A stretch of 64,000 nt of DNA from Anthoceros angustus. Lineage: Eukaryota > Plantae > Anthocerotophyta. Under the pieces are notes generated by a model. It saw only the letters and a program-made list of their open reading frames with translations, made no database searches and was not told the DNA's origin. The DNA lies in contig MU008202.1 of the NCBI GenBank assembly GCA_010909165.1, positions 124,001 to 188,000 on the forward strand, in the 5' to 3' direction. The position numbers and the translations under genes are program-made. Shown piece after piece: positions 20,938 through 33,007 of the stretch (position 1 is the stretch's first letter; every line of letters begins with the position of its first letter).

Positions 20938-23383
20938 GACATCATCTTTCCAATCGTAAACAGCGAATGGGTAGCACCCATTGTCGCAGCCCAAGAAACA
21001 AAAGAAGGATGATCCGTGTCTATTAGGATTGGAGGAAACTCAACGCCGCCACCGAGAAGGACCATTTCCCCATGCCCTTCGTGGACGACATCGACAGGGC
21101 GGAGTGGAGTACTTACTCCTTCTTGGATGGGTACTCGGCCACAACCAACCGCACCTAAGGGAGTTTGACCGATAAGACAACGCTCACCACGGAGTGGGAA
21201 CGCTAGCGCCTTTGGGATGACAGAGCACCCGGATCATTCATGCGGATGGTGACCAACGTCTTCAGGGATTTTCTGAGGGACTTCATGGAGGTATTCCTGG
21301 ATGACTTCTGTGTACATGGAGAGGAAGACAAGCACGTTGGACACTGGAAGTGCTTGAGCGTTGTAAGGAAACACGTGTTCACATCCCGAGAAATGCTACT
21401 TTGGAATGACGGAAGGAATTCTGCTGGGGCATCGTGTGTCGGCGCGAGGGATAGAGGTGGACCAAGATAAGGTCAGGGTCATTCAGTCCCTACAGCCGCC
21501 CACGAATCTGAAGGAATTACGGGATTCCTCGGCATGGTAGGTTATTACAGGCGGTTCATTCAGGACTTCGCAAAGAGGGCCGCCAAGCTAACGGAGTTAC
21601 TCAGGAAGGAGGAGGAGTGGACCGGACGTAAAGGAACGCGGCATTCGTAGATCTTGCATCACCCCGATAAGCGCCCATTAAAAGGTCCGGACTGGAGTAA
21701 GCGGTTCCATGTGTATGTAGACGTGTCGGCCTTCGCCATCGGAGTGGTGCTCAGTCAAAAAGATGACAAGCGGAGGGATCATCCAATCTACTATGCTGGA
21801 AGACAGCTCACGCATGCGGAACGGAAGTACACTACTACGGAGCGAGAGGTGTTGGGAATGGTATACGCGGTCAAGAAATTCAGACACTACCTTCTGCCCA
21901 ACGAGTTTGTGTTCTATGTTGATCACTTCGCGCTCAAGCATCTGGTGAATAAGGCACTGTCCGGCGACCATGCGAGGTGGATTCTGCCTGTGAGTTCACC
22001 TTGAGGTGGAGACGGCAAGGAGGCAACACCAAAATGCTGACTTCTTATCCAGATTGAAGACGGAGCCGACCCTGCGGGATCAGGAGGATGACTTCCCGGA
22101 CGAGGAATTGGTGGCAGCGGTGGAGACACAGGAGGAGGAGCGCAGCCTAAAGAACCCCAAACTTGTGGACAAAGTGAAAGGAATGGAAGGGGAGCACGGC
22201 CCACCCATGGAGTTGGAACTGCACTGTGGAGATGGAGATCCCAAAGGAGTTAAACCGTGCCCAACAACAGGCCTTCGTACACTACGCTCGGCCCTTCAGG
22301 ATGTACAATGGATGCATCTTTAAGGTGGGCCCGGACGGTGTGGAGCATAGGTACCTTCAACAAGCGGAAACGGAGGTGGTCATAAAAGGGATGCATGAAG
22401 GCCTGGGCGGTGGTCATTATGCAGCACAGGTCACCACCAAGAAAATCTTGGAGGCTGGGTACTGGTGGCCCACCATGTATGGGGAAACGCACCAATTTGT
22501 AAAACGATGTGATACTTGTCAGAGGATCGGGAAGCCGACTTCCACGACGCAATGGCCACTGGTGCCCATACTCGCACTGGCACCGTTTGAGAAATGGGGT
22601 ATCGACTTCGTCGGACCTATATACCCACTAAGCACATAAGAGGTACATCTTGGTGGCAGCGGACTGTGTACCCGTGGTGGAGGCGGCGCAACAAGGACGG
22701 ACTCCAAGACCGTGGCAAAGTTCCTCTATGAGAACATCATCACGCGGTATGGGTGCCCGTTGCAGTTGGTAAGTGATAGGGGAACTCATTTCCTCAATGA
22801 TGTGATAAGCGCAATGACGGACTATTTTGGTATAACCCATCGCAAGACGGCCCCATACAACCCAAGGCCAATGGGTTAACGGAGAAGACCAACGGACTTA
22901 TCGCCGATCCTCGAATAAGCGCTTAACTATGCGCACGATCGATACAAAGCTACCATCCGCTATGGGCCTTGAGCGGAGAAGGTAACTACGCAGCGAACTC
23001 CGTACTACTTAACCTATGGGCATTCGCCAGTTATGCCGGTAGAGTTTGAGGTGCCAACGCTCCGAGTCATGATGGAGGGACGCTTAACGGATGAAGAAAG
23101 CCACCGGAGCGTTAGGGTTTGTCCAAAGATACGAGGATGAGAGGAGGCGACCAGAATCGCGTACAAAACCGGAAGCTATGGCATCGCGGCCCGCAAGGTG
23201 AGTATGTGAAGGAGGGAGATCCGCCCTTTCACGACAACCGCCATATGCACTTCCGCAAGCTTCACTTACGATGGATGGGCCTTACCGGTAGTGCAGTCCA
23301 CGCGAATGGGTCCGCTCCCCGCGCTTAGATGGTGAATCGCTGCCCACCCGGTAAACGGGTGGCGGGTGAAGTATCATGCTTAG
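20938..23383 (+). pseudogene. Gypsy pol remnant: RT - RNase H - integrase
   Basis: PFPMPFVDDI..YSFLDGYS; VFLDDFCV; RFHVYVDVSAFAIGVVLSQ..AERKYTTTEREVLGMVYAVKKFRHYL; HEGLGGGHY..GYWWPTM..CDTCQR; FEKWGIDFVGP; KLHLRWMG-PY (GPY/F). Many frameshifts. Confidence 0.92.
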
Positions 23384-24046
23384 TGTTGGCGAGACGCCAA
23401 TGTATGAAGGGAGTATGTGGACGCAGGACTTTGGGGTTGGGAAATAAGCGGGTTTGTTTTTTTTTCGTAGGTATGGAGTGTAAAATAAGGCGGAAAAGGA
23501 GGAATAAGCACGGACGACCGGATCGTGCTCGAGTACTCCCGACTCGAGGTAATAACACCAGGGACCCCGACACGCACCGAGTATCGGATAAGTCCGGACC
23601 CCACCCGGTCAAAACAGATAAGTACGCCAGGAAAGTAACTTAGAAGTTGGGCGTGAGTTAGGCAGGCGGCGCCACGTGGACGGCCCCGAATGGAAGACGG
23701 CATGCAGCAGCCAGACCGTAGTTGCCTATAAGGTATTCACGCCCGCTGCATCGCGGCTGAAGGCCGAGTAGGCGGAAGCGTAGCAGAGTAAGCCATGCAG
23801 CTCGACGCCACGGACAAAGAAGAGCCACCCTCCGCCGACTGCATTCGACGGCGAGAGGCAAGGCGAGGTCATTCTCCCAAGCAACTTCAGCGATTCGCCT
23901 CGCCTCGCCGACACCTCCGGGCGTTGTCTTTGTGATCGCCAGCACCCTCGGCGCCGGCTTCGCGAAGGAAGCAATTGACGCCGCGGCCAAGGAGCGGACG
24001 ACTGCGGAGCCTCACACTCCAACAACGGGACAGAAGGAGCGGGAAG

Positions 24047-27000
24047 ATGGGACCCAAGAAAGCGGGAGGTGTGGGAGCCATGGAGCTTGGTGGAGCGCAA
24101 CATCGTCACCAGGCGCTATCCGGACTTCGGGCCGTGGCTGGAGGAGGCGGGGAGCTGGTCAAGGAGTGGCACCGGACGCTTCCAGTCAGATGGACTGGCC
24201 AGCCTAGTCCGGAGTACGCCAAGATGTTGGCAGCGCCAACAAGGAGGTTCTCTAAGAGCCTTGAGAGGACCCTAGGAGGTGGACCGTGAGGTCCCGAGGC
24301 GGTACAACCGCCGGAGGAAATTGGGGGCGAGTCCCGAACCTCTCAAGGCTAGGGAAGATAGGCGGCAAAGGCCGCCCGCCGAAGCTGTGAACGCAACGAA
24401 CAACCAACGGCCGGTTGATGCCTGACGGCCGGAGGAGGAGGCGTGATCATTGTCCACTGGAACATGCTCACCAAGGTAGATCACCTTGGTGACAATCTGC
24501 TGGTGTTCCTGCATGCGCTGCAGAGAGGAAGGAGGGCAGACTGGGGAAGGATCATCTTCGCCAGGATCAATCAGGAGGCTCACAAGCTGAGGTGTGAGAA
24601 GCCCCCTCCGTCGGCGTTATCGCCGTTCTTAATTCATGTGTGGGGGCACGCGAACCTCCTGAAGGAAGGAGAAGAGGAACGCGACCGGAAGGGGCCGCCG
24701 CCTACCGGAGGCGGGAAGAACCTGAGGTGGAAGCCCGCCCGTCCGAGCAAGAGAGCGGGAGGAAGACGATCGAGGGAATCCACCCATACGCTTGAGCGGA
24801 CTCCCTCGCCACCAAGGGAAGTGTGGGAGGACATCCCCGCTTCCTCCTCCCCGGTGCCCCCACCGAGCAAGAGAGGAGGCGGCCGTGGAGGTCCGAGAGC
24901 CCAGCCCGACAGACCCCACCCACGGCAAGCACGAGCCGACGGACTGCCGGGACCAAGAGGCGGAAGACGGTGCCACCCGCCAACGCAGCACCGGACGGCG
25001 CCCGTGCCCTTGCCCCTGCCAACGGAGTGGCAAGAAGCTGAAGAGGCGGTGAGAAGGGCGGAAAGGGACGCCGCCCAAGGAGCGGGAGGCCACTGGCAGC
25101 AGCCCCACCCGGAGCCGGTCCTGTCTCCGACGGGGAGAGGCAAGAGGGTCAGCTCCCGAACCCCCTCACCCCCTCCGAGCCCCAGGAGAAAGAGGGCGAA
25201 CAAGGAATTGGCGGCCAAGAGGGCCAAAGAAGGTGAGGCTGGACGACTGTGACCTAAGGGTCCCGATTAGGTCCGAGAGCCCAGCCCGACTCGCCTCCGG
25301 ATCAAGGTATGGAGGTCCTTGGCGGACCGAGAGATGCCCGCCCCCACAACGGACTTCTTGGGGGCCTCACTGCGCGCCTGTGGAAGAGACACGGCGGGTC
25401 ACAGCTACCGTCATGGACGGTATGCTGGGTCTGCGGGATGGCCGAGAAGACCTGTGGAGGTGGAGGCCACAAGGAGGCGCATGGTGCTCCTCCAGAGCAG
25501 ATGGAGGCGCCTGTGAGGCGAGGAAGAAGGCGGAAGCCCTCGGCCGCATCGAGGAGGGCCGGAGGAGGCGGGGAGTTGGTCAAGGAGTGGCACCGGACGC
25601 TTCCAGTCAGATGGACCTTCGGCTGCCTAGTCCGGAGTACGCCAAGATGTTGGCAGCGCCAACAAGGAGGTTCGCTCTAAGAGCCTCGAGAGGACCCTAG
25701 GAGGTGGACCGTGAGGTCCCGAGGCGGTGTACAATCGGCCGGAGGAAATTAGCGAGTCCCGAACCTCTCAAGGCTAGGGAAGATAGAGGCGGCAAAGGCC
25801 GCCGCCGAACGCAACGAACAACCAACGGCCGGTTGATGCCTGACTTGGCCGGAGGAGGAGGAGAGGCAAAGGGCTGTGATCATTGTCCATCGAACATGCT
25901 CACCAAGGTAGATCACCTTGGTGACAATCGGTGTTCCCGCATGCGCCGCAGAGGAAGGAGGCGACTAGGGAAGGATCATCTTCGCCAGATCAATCGTGAG
26001 GCTCACAAGCCGAGGTGAGAAGCCCCTCCGCTTGCCATATCGCCGTTCTTAATTCATGTGTGGGGCACGCGAACCTCCCAAGGAAGGAGAAGAGGAACGA
26101 CCGGGCCGCCTACCGGAGAAGGAAGAACCTGAGGTGGAGGCCCGTCCGAGCAAGAGAGCTGGAGGAAGACGATCGAGGGAATCCTGACTCCATACGCTTG
26201 AGCGGACTCCCTCGCCACCAAGGGAAGTGTGGGAGGACATCCCCGCTTCCTCCTCCCCGGTGCCCCCACCGAGCAAGCAGGAGGAGGCGGATGGGCGGCC
26301 GAGGCGGCCCAGCCTGACAAATCCACCACGGCGCCAAAGCCCGACGACCTCGGGACCAAGAGGTGGAAGACGTGCCACCCGCCAACGCAGCACCGGACGG
26401 CGCCGTGCCCTTGCCCCGCCAACGAGTGGCAAGAAGTCAAGAGGGCGAGAAGGGCGAAAGGGACGCCCAAGGAGCGGGAGGCCACCGCGCAGCCCCACCG
26501 AGCCTGCCTCCGACGGGAGAGGCAAGAGGGTTAGCTCCTCAACCCCTCACCCCTCCGAGCCCTGTGAGAAAGAGGGCAACAAGGAATTGGCGCCAAGAGG
26601 GCCAAAGAAGGTGAGGCTCCGACTCGGACTGGACCTAAGGGTCCCGATTAGGTCCGAGAGCCCAGCCCGACTCGCCCGGCCGCGGTATGGAGGTCCTGGC
26701 GACCGAGATGCCCGCCCACAACGGACTTTGGGGGCCTCACTCACTGTGGAAGAGACACGGTCCTGCCACTATGGACAGATGCCTGGGGTCTCGCGGATGG
26801 CCGAGAAGACCTGTGGAGGTGGAGGCCACAAGGAGGCGCATGGTGCTCCTCCGTGAGCGATGGAGGCGCCTGTGAGGCGAGGAAGAAGGAAGCCCTCGGC
26901 CGCATCGAGGAAGCGCCGGAGGCGAGGGAAGTCCGTCCATTCGACAGATCGACTAAGTTTCTTCACCGTGAGGTGGAGGAGGCAGTGGGAGGCCCAAGCA

Positions 27001-28077
27001 CGGGCCGAGGATCTCGCAGACCGAGGAGGCAGCAGGAGGCGGAGAGGGCTCGCGACCGGCCGAGGCGGCCCGGCCGCCCAACATCGACTCCGAGGCTCAC
27101 CGGCTGGCATGAAGCGGGCCGCGGGCGAAGGTCGACCGGGATCACTATCGACGTGATCGGAACCGTGGAGGGAGACGGGGTAGCTGCGGCCAACTCAAGG
27201 CCGAGCGAAGGAGCAAGCACGGCCGAGCCGTGAGGAGGAGCCGGAGGTCAAGACCCGGAAATAGGGGACCTCCGGGTCTGCAGGAGGTAGAAGGCGGAAG
27301 GAGGCGGAGGAGAGGCAAGGATACCTTGGAGCTGCAACTCCAAGACGCATTAGAGCAGCAAGGGGGTTCTCAACGAGAGAATCCAAGACTTCGAGCGGGA
27401 GATAGAGCGCCTCCAGCTTCGCTTGAAGACGGAGGAGAATAGGCGATGGTCCAAGGAGTTCGACGTCGCGAGGCTGCAGCAGGAGGTGGAGGAAGCCAGG
27501 AGTCGGACGGGGATACCGGCCCGCCTGGAGAAGGAAGTGGCGGACCTCCGGGAAAGGATAGACGGAGGGAAGAAAGCACTGGAGGAGAAGCGGTGCTCGT
27601 CCGATTCTGAAGCGAGAGGAGCTCGGCTCCATGGCCTGGCGGGCTGGAGCCAGCGACGGAGGAGGAGAGCGTCGGCGGCGGCGAAAGGCTGCGAAGGAGG
27701 AGCCGGAGGCGCCTTGGCGGCATCAAGGAGTTCGCTCGGCTACGGTTGGTAAGCAGCCCGCGGAGGCGGAGGCGGGCGGACGGCTTTATGCTTTCATTGG
27801 GAGCACCTCGGAGGAGGGAGTCTGGGTGCTCACAGGCTCTCATGGAGGCGATTCAACAAGTCGATTCGACTTGCCTACTACCACGCAGAGCTCCTCAAGG
27901 CTCTGGAGGTCTTGCGCCACCCAAGGCAGGAGGCGGACTTCGGGTCGGAAGGAGGAGCGAGGAGGAAGGACCCGACAGTGGCGCGACTTCTTGGACGGCC
28001 ACCGCGCACAATCCCGTGTCATTGTAGGAAGGAGTCCGTTCCCAAGGGAATGGTCTCGTGCTTATTCTGAGCTCTGA
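24047..28077 (+). pseudogene. Extra ORF 3' of pol (plant-transposon-protein-like domain + Pro/basic low complexity + coiled coil), containing a 1.42-kb tandem duplication
   Basis: ATG at 24047 (MGPKKAG). LVFLHALQRGRRADWGRIIFARINQEAHKL..SALSPFLIHVW. Coiled coil LELQLQDALEQQ..EFDVARLQQEVEEA..LEKEVADLRERI. Duplicated units start at 24140 and 25561. Confidence 0.6.
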
Positions 28078-28439
28078 CCCTATCGCTGAGCGGACTTCAT
28101 CGGGTTGGGTCCGGCTCCACAACCCTAAGTGTGTGCCCCTCCACAACTCGTCGGACCGGAGCGCGACCAGGACCTTCCCACAAACCCGCCCGGTTCTCGA
28201 TTACTAGGAGCGGGTTTAACGCAGCGTTCGCTTCACGTACTCTAGCGCCCCAGCGCTCCTCAACTCTGTCCGGCCACAACTCCACCTCAACACACACGCC
28301 GTAACACGACCCTTCTCCCTTATCCATTCCCAGCTAGTAGTCACAACACCAACACGCCGATGTATTCACACCAGGCCGCCTTTGCCCCTTCCTACCGCTT
28401 CACGCTCATGGAGAAGTAGCTTTGCAAACAACCCCATGC

Positions 28440-28770
28440 CACCGTTCAGCCTCCAAGGATGGCTTCCGCCCGGGTCACCCCAAGCGCCTCCTAATCCTCC
28501 GCTTCACTGTCTGCGGAGAAGTGGCTTCACTGCATCCCCACTCCCGTTCCAGCCTCCAAGGATGGCTTCCGCCATGAGAGTCACCCCAAGCGCCTCCTAA
28601 TCCCTGCTTCACGTTGCGAGAAGTGGCTTCACTGCATCCCCGACCTCCGTTCGTGACCTCAAGGATGGCTTCCGCCAGGTCACCCCAAGCGCCTCCTAAT
28701 CCCCTCACTTCTCATGGAGAAGTGGCTTCGCACTGCATCCCCACGACCTCCGTTCAGCCTCCAAGGTTAG
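28440..28770 (+). repeat. ~105-bp degenerate tandem repeat x3-4
   Basis: CCTCCAAGGATGGCTTCCGCC..GTCACCCCAAGCGCCTCCTAATCC..GAGAAGTGGCTTC recurs at ~28446, 28548, 28655 and 28753. Confidence 0.85.
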
Positions 28771-29109
28771 TCTCGCACCAGAAATCACCCGCGAAAGCAC
28801 CTCACGAGCTCAGTCCGACCCGTGCGCACCCATCAAGCGTGTTGGCGGAGCTCGTCACGAGCTCTAAACACATCCCTCTACCACCAATTAATCCCGCACG
28901 GTGACGCAGAACTCACTCCGCTCCTCGAGCACCAAGGCAAGAGCACACGGAGCGCCAAGATGGTACCCGGATAGTCTGCGTCTTGGGCGCCGAGCCTTCC
29001 TATACTCCCATACCCCAACCTAACCCGCCTATGTATGTATCCTAACCCTGTGTAACCGCCGGGACGTAGCTCATCACCGCGACTTCTTGCACCACCGCTT
29101 CCCCGCCAA

Positions 29110-29500
29110 ACAAGAGATCCATGCCAAGATGCCCACCAAACTAAACCACCCGGCGAGACCACTCCGTCGGACCTCGCCGGGCAGACCACTCCGCGACCTC
29201 TCAAGGGCAGACCACTCCATCGGACCTCGCCGGACCAGACCACTCCGGACCGCAAGGACGGACCACTCCATCGGACCTCGCCCGGACGACCACTCCGGAC
29301 CGCCGGACGACCACTCCGGACCTCGCCGGGCAGACCACTCCATCGGACCGCCGGACGACCACTCCGGACCTCGCCGACGGACCACTCCGTCGGACCTCGC
29401 CGGACGACCACTCCATCGGACCTCGCCGGACGGACCACTCCGTCGGACCCTGCCGGACGGACCACTCCGTCGGACCTCGCCGACGGACCACTCCGTCCTC
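29110..29500 (+). repeat. Degenerate ~20-27 bp minisatellite (ACCACTCCGTCGGACCTCGCCGGACG)
   Basis: More than a dozen CCACTCC/GGACCTCGCC modules. This explains the repetitive ORFs in all frames. Confidence 0.9.
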
Positions 29501-29580
29501 CAACGGACGAGGTCTAGGGATTGCACCTTGTAAGTGCAATCGGCAAAATGGCCTTATTGGCTAACTCCTCCTATCCCTCT

Positions 29581-31081
29581 TGATGTGACCGAAAAAAGCA
29601 AAACAAGCCGCCAAGAGTACGGACATCGGATTTGGCACTCCACAACAAGACCCACGGGACCACAGAGCGCTGTTTGATAACAGCAGCGACGAGGAGAGCA
29701 AGCGTGAGGCGGGCAGACGGAAGAAGGGTCACTGCACCGGAGGTAAGCACTCTACACCTCCGCACGGAAGGAAGGGAGGAGGGCCCTGGGGAGGCCGTGG
29801 AAGGGGCGCAACCGGGCACTCGGGAACCAAGGGAGGGCTCAGTGGATGAGCCCGTGATCAGCCCAGTGAGGAGGCAGAACCAGGAGCCCGTGGGTCCGGA
29901 CTTTGTCCGGACTCCTGAGGAGAGGCCGAAGCTCCCGAAGTCCGGCCCCCTGAAGGAAGTCTGGACTTAGAGGTCCAGACTCTAGTGACGAGACCGGACC
30001 CTGAGGTCCGGACTCCAGGGGAAGGGTTGGGCCCAGAGGACCGGACCCCAGAGGCAAGTCCGGACCCCGAGGTCCGAACTCCAGAAAGAAGGCCGGACAC
30101 AGAGAACCGGACCCCAGAGGGAAGGCCGGACCTAGAGGTCCGGACTCCGGAGTCGAGACGGGTCTGAGGGCGGTTCGAGTGGGGAGAGCCACGAACACCA
30201 ACCCCAGATCCGGCCCTTGAGGGCTCGCCAGGGCCCGAGAGTTAAGAGAGGAGGGAGGAGGACTTAGTGGTGGCCGTTGTCGGCCGCCGTCGCGGCTGCA
30301 CAGAGACCCTCGGGAGAGGTAGGGGTCTCGCCTCGCGGATCATCCGATTGGGTGCGCCTGCAATCGTCAGGCTCGGCTTTGGGCCCGTGATTTGGAAGGC
30401 TATCATCTCCCCACCAGGCGGAGATAGGAGGAATAGGGAGAAGAGTAGGCGGCCGATTAGGGCGCACTGAGCTGGCCCTCAGCTCAGAATAGAGGTGTAA
30501 TAAAGGCGCCGACCTTCGGCGTAGTATAAGAGGGCTGAGGCTGCTCTGAGTAAATCATCTTTTTCTTGGTGTTGATGCCGCGTCTTCTTGCAGGCCCTTG
30601 TGTGCCTTCTTGTAACGCGAGTTCGAGTCAGCAGCGGTGGCGGCCGGGCCCGATCAAGGTCTTGGTGACGGACCCTAACGTGTGTGGTGTGTGCAGGGAA
30701 TAGCGCCTAGGGACCCTTGCTGCGTCAGGCGGCGGATGTTGGACGGACGGGCAGCGTGAGCCGGAGGAACTCCGGAAGGGCGTGCAGAGCCCAGTCGGAG
30801 AGGCCTGGCAGAGCGGCGGAGGAGGTCTGGACTGCGCAGCCACTCGCGATTTCTTCCGAGGACGATGAGGGTAGTGTGAGTGGTGAGAGGAACGGACTAG
30901 AGCGGAGAGTGACGACTTGAACGACGCGGACGCGAACGGGTCCTTAAACGTTTTGGCCACACCGGGCCTGTTCGGTGAACGTTGCGGGTAAACAGGCATA
31001 AAACGATGAATATGTGTTGAGAATGAACGGTTGCTAAGTGAGGTGAGAAATGAGTGAAACACGGCAAAGCGGAGCCTATCA
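29581..31081 (+). repeat. Candidate 3' LTR of the Gypsy element (~1.5 kb) with ~33-bp CCGGACCCC.GAGGTCCGGACT repeats at ~29880-30160
   Basis: TGAT..ATCA termini and a TATA-like GTATAAGA at ~30524. No clear PPT and no partner LTR for comparison. Confidence 0.4.
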
Positions 31082-31091
31082 TTCTCTTGGG

Positions 31092-31368
31092 AGGCTACTA
31101 TAAATAATGTTCCTGCCAACTCTCTGTGTTTCCTTGTAGAAGGTGAAGATTATGCATCAGGGTGTGGCTACCATAAATAATGTTCCTGCCAACTCTCTTA
31201 GTACTCTCTGAGCGTGAGCGGGTGAAGACTATGCATAAGGTTTTCGTACATGGTACATATCGCGGCCACTATGAATATGATTTCTACCAAGACCCTTTGG
31301 AAGACAATGGACAAGTGTTGCTGGAGCGAAGGCGATGAAGATAGTTCTAGTGTATTCCTGCATGGATT
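31092..31368 (+). repeat. Second copy of block X, lacking the TIR element (empty site)
   Basis: Matches 13438-13685 joined directly to 17037-17068 through a single GAAG. Confidence 0.9.
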
Positions 31369-31370
31369 AT

Positions 31371-32049
31371 AGTTGATAGAAACACGTTGATGCTAACCTT
31401 GAAGGGCAGGGGGACAAAAGAGGACAAACTCAGGTTGGCAATTGTGGATCTGCTCTCCATGGAAGCGACACCACCTGCAGACGTTGAAGCTATAGAGTCT
31501 GTTCTTCGGGAGGAGCAGATAGACGTTGCAGCATTTGTTTACGTCAAGCGAATAAAGTCCTTGAATTTGAACCTCCCTCCTGCAAATGCAGCAAATGCTG
31601 CAAGTAAAGAAAATCTCCTGGATTGGGCTGACAAACTCTATGGGCAAACCCTTAGCTCAGTGGCGGCAGTAGCTGCTCAGGGAGTTAAGAATCTACTTGC
31701 AGGAGGGAGGCAGCTGGCTGTCCCAAGGGCCGTGGAGTCTCTGATGGATTCCAAATCTCCAGACACAGAGGCGTATTTGACTTTTGATCCTAGAAGCCCC
31801 AAGGGGGCAGCGGTAGGTGATGGCCTATCCAAAGGGCCTTTCAAAGAAGCCATTGTGTTCATGATCGGTGGCGGTAACTATGTCGAGTATGGAAGCATCC
31901 AAGAACTTGCACAAAGACGACAGCCAGCTAAGAACATCATATATGGCGCTACAGAGATTTTGACAGGAAAAGATTTTGTTGATCAGCTGACACAGCTAGG
32001 AAGTGGCATGAACCGCAATGCCAGTGCAAACCTTACAACCACAAATTAG
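31371..32049 (+). pseudogene. SLY1: Duplicated 3' third of SLY1
   Basis: Colinear with 38338-39016. Open frame from ATG 31390 (219 aa) with several amino-acid changes (Y>D, G>E, S>A, G>D, F>L, Q>R). The 5' two-thirds are missing. Confidence 0.9.
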
Positions 32050-32449
32050 AATCCACCTCATTGGCGATGGACTGGAGGTCCCGTCGCAACTAGTGCACAT
32101 CGTGTTTTTAGTTTCAGACATTTGTAGCTCTTTGAATCTGCATAGGTACATTGTTGCTCTAGGTTCGAGCATCAGAGCTTTTTTCTATTGATAAAATTCC
32201 AAAGAAGCTTTGAGCCTTTACAGGTTCAATTCTCACATTCGCTTGGCGGGCTACTGTTTAAAGAGTTGGGCGCTGGCTTAGGTTCCTTTCAAGTGCTGCA
32301 ACTGTGGACCTATGTCTGTGTGCTCTACAGAAGCAAAACTTGCTGCTCTCCACAAGCAAAACTTGAAGCAAGACACTGGAATCTCCCGCCGTCTCCGGCT
32401 TTGTTCCATGACTGATATATTCTGTCATCGCACGGAATGCACCAGCAGA

Positions 32450-33007
32450 CTATGCCAGAAACTTCTTCAACGCGGAGACATCCAGTGCAGGGAACTGCTC
32501 AACAATGCTCAGCACTGCAGAGCCCAGTTTCCTAGCAGCTTCTTGAGACGGTGCCTGTCATCCAATATCACCAATATCATCCAATATCCAATCCCATTGA
32601 CAGTTGCTACGCACAACATCCAATGTCGGAATTTACTTACTTCAATGTTCAATGGAAGAAGGGATCATGGAGGGACACTCTAAGCAAAAACCAGCCGCCG
32701 TACCCAGAAACGCGGACCTACGAACAGAACGAATGCTTCGAGTTCACCGAATCCGTGTGGTAACCACGAGTCTTAGTTTGTGCTCAACCTTAATTAGCAA
32801 ACAAAGGCTGGGAGTCAGCCATACCCCTTCATAATTCACAGCAGCCTTAGTGCTATCAGTCGATTGCGGTTTATCTCACGTCCATCTGAATCTATCGCAG
32901 CAGCCCTGGAAGAAATGCTTTTAATTATTCTTGTGCTTACACTCTAGAAACTCATCCCTACAGCAAGAATACAAAAGTCCGATTCAGCTTACCTGTCCAC
33001 ATCAGTG
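32450..33007 (-). pseudogene. Duplicated fragments of the PGM/PMM-like gene (last exons plus one internal piece)
   Basis: 32450-32848 matches 39416-39810 and 32849-33007 matches 40795-40953, joined across a 984-bp deletion. Confidence 0.88.

Larger units (their letters stand above)
17304..31081 (+). mobile_element. 5'-truncated Ty3/Gypsy (non-chromovirus, Athila-like) retrotransposon, interrupted by the Copia element
   Basis: RT reads LEAD|IIFPIVNSEWVAP across the Copia insertion; pol domains continue to 23383, followed by an extra ORF, tandem repeats and a candidate LTR. The 5' LTR, gag and protease are absent. The right boundary is tentative. Confidence 0.7.

Noticed and set aside
29074-29539. 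Repetitive ORFs in several frames
   Set aside because: Artefacts of the ACCACTCC/GGACCTCGCC minisatellite, which lacks stop codons.
29633-29643. TGGCACTCCAC resembling a tRNA-Arg PBS
   Set aside because: It needs a 1-nt gap and is not adjacent to an LTR end. Too short to support.
13200-31368. Block X copies as the two LTRs of one giant retroelement
   Set aside because: No matching TG..CA ends, no recognisable PBS after 17060, no PPT before 31092 and no TSD.
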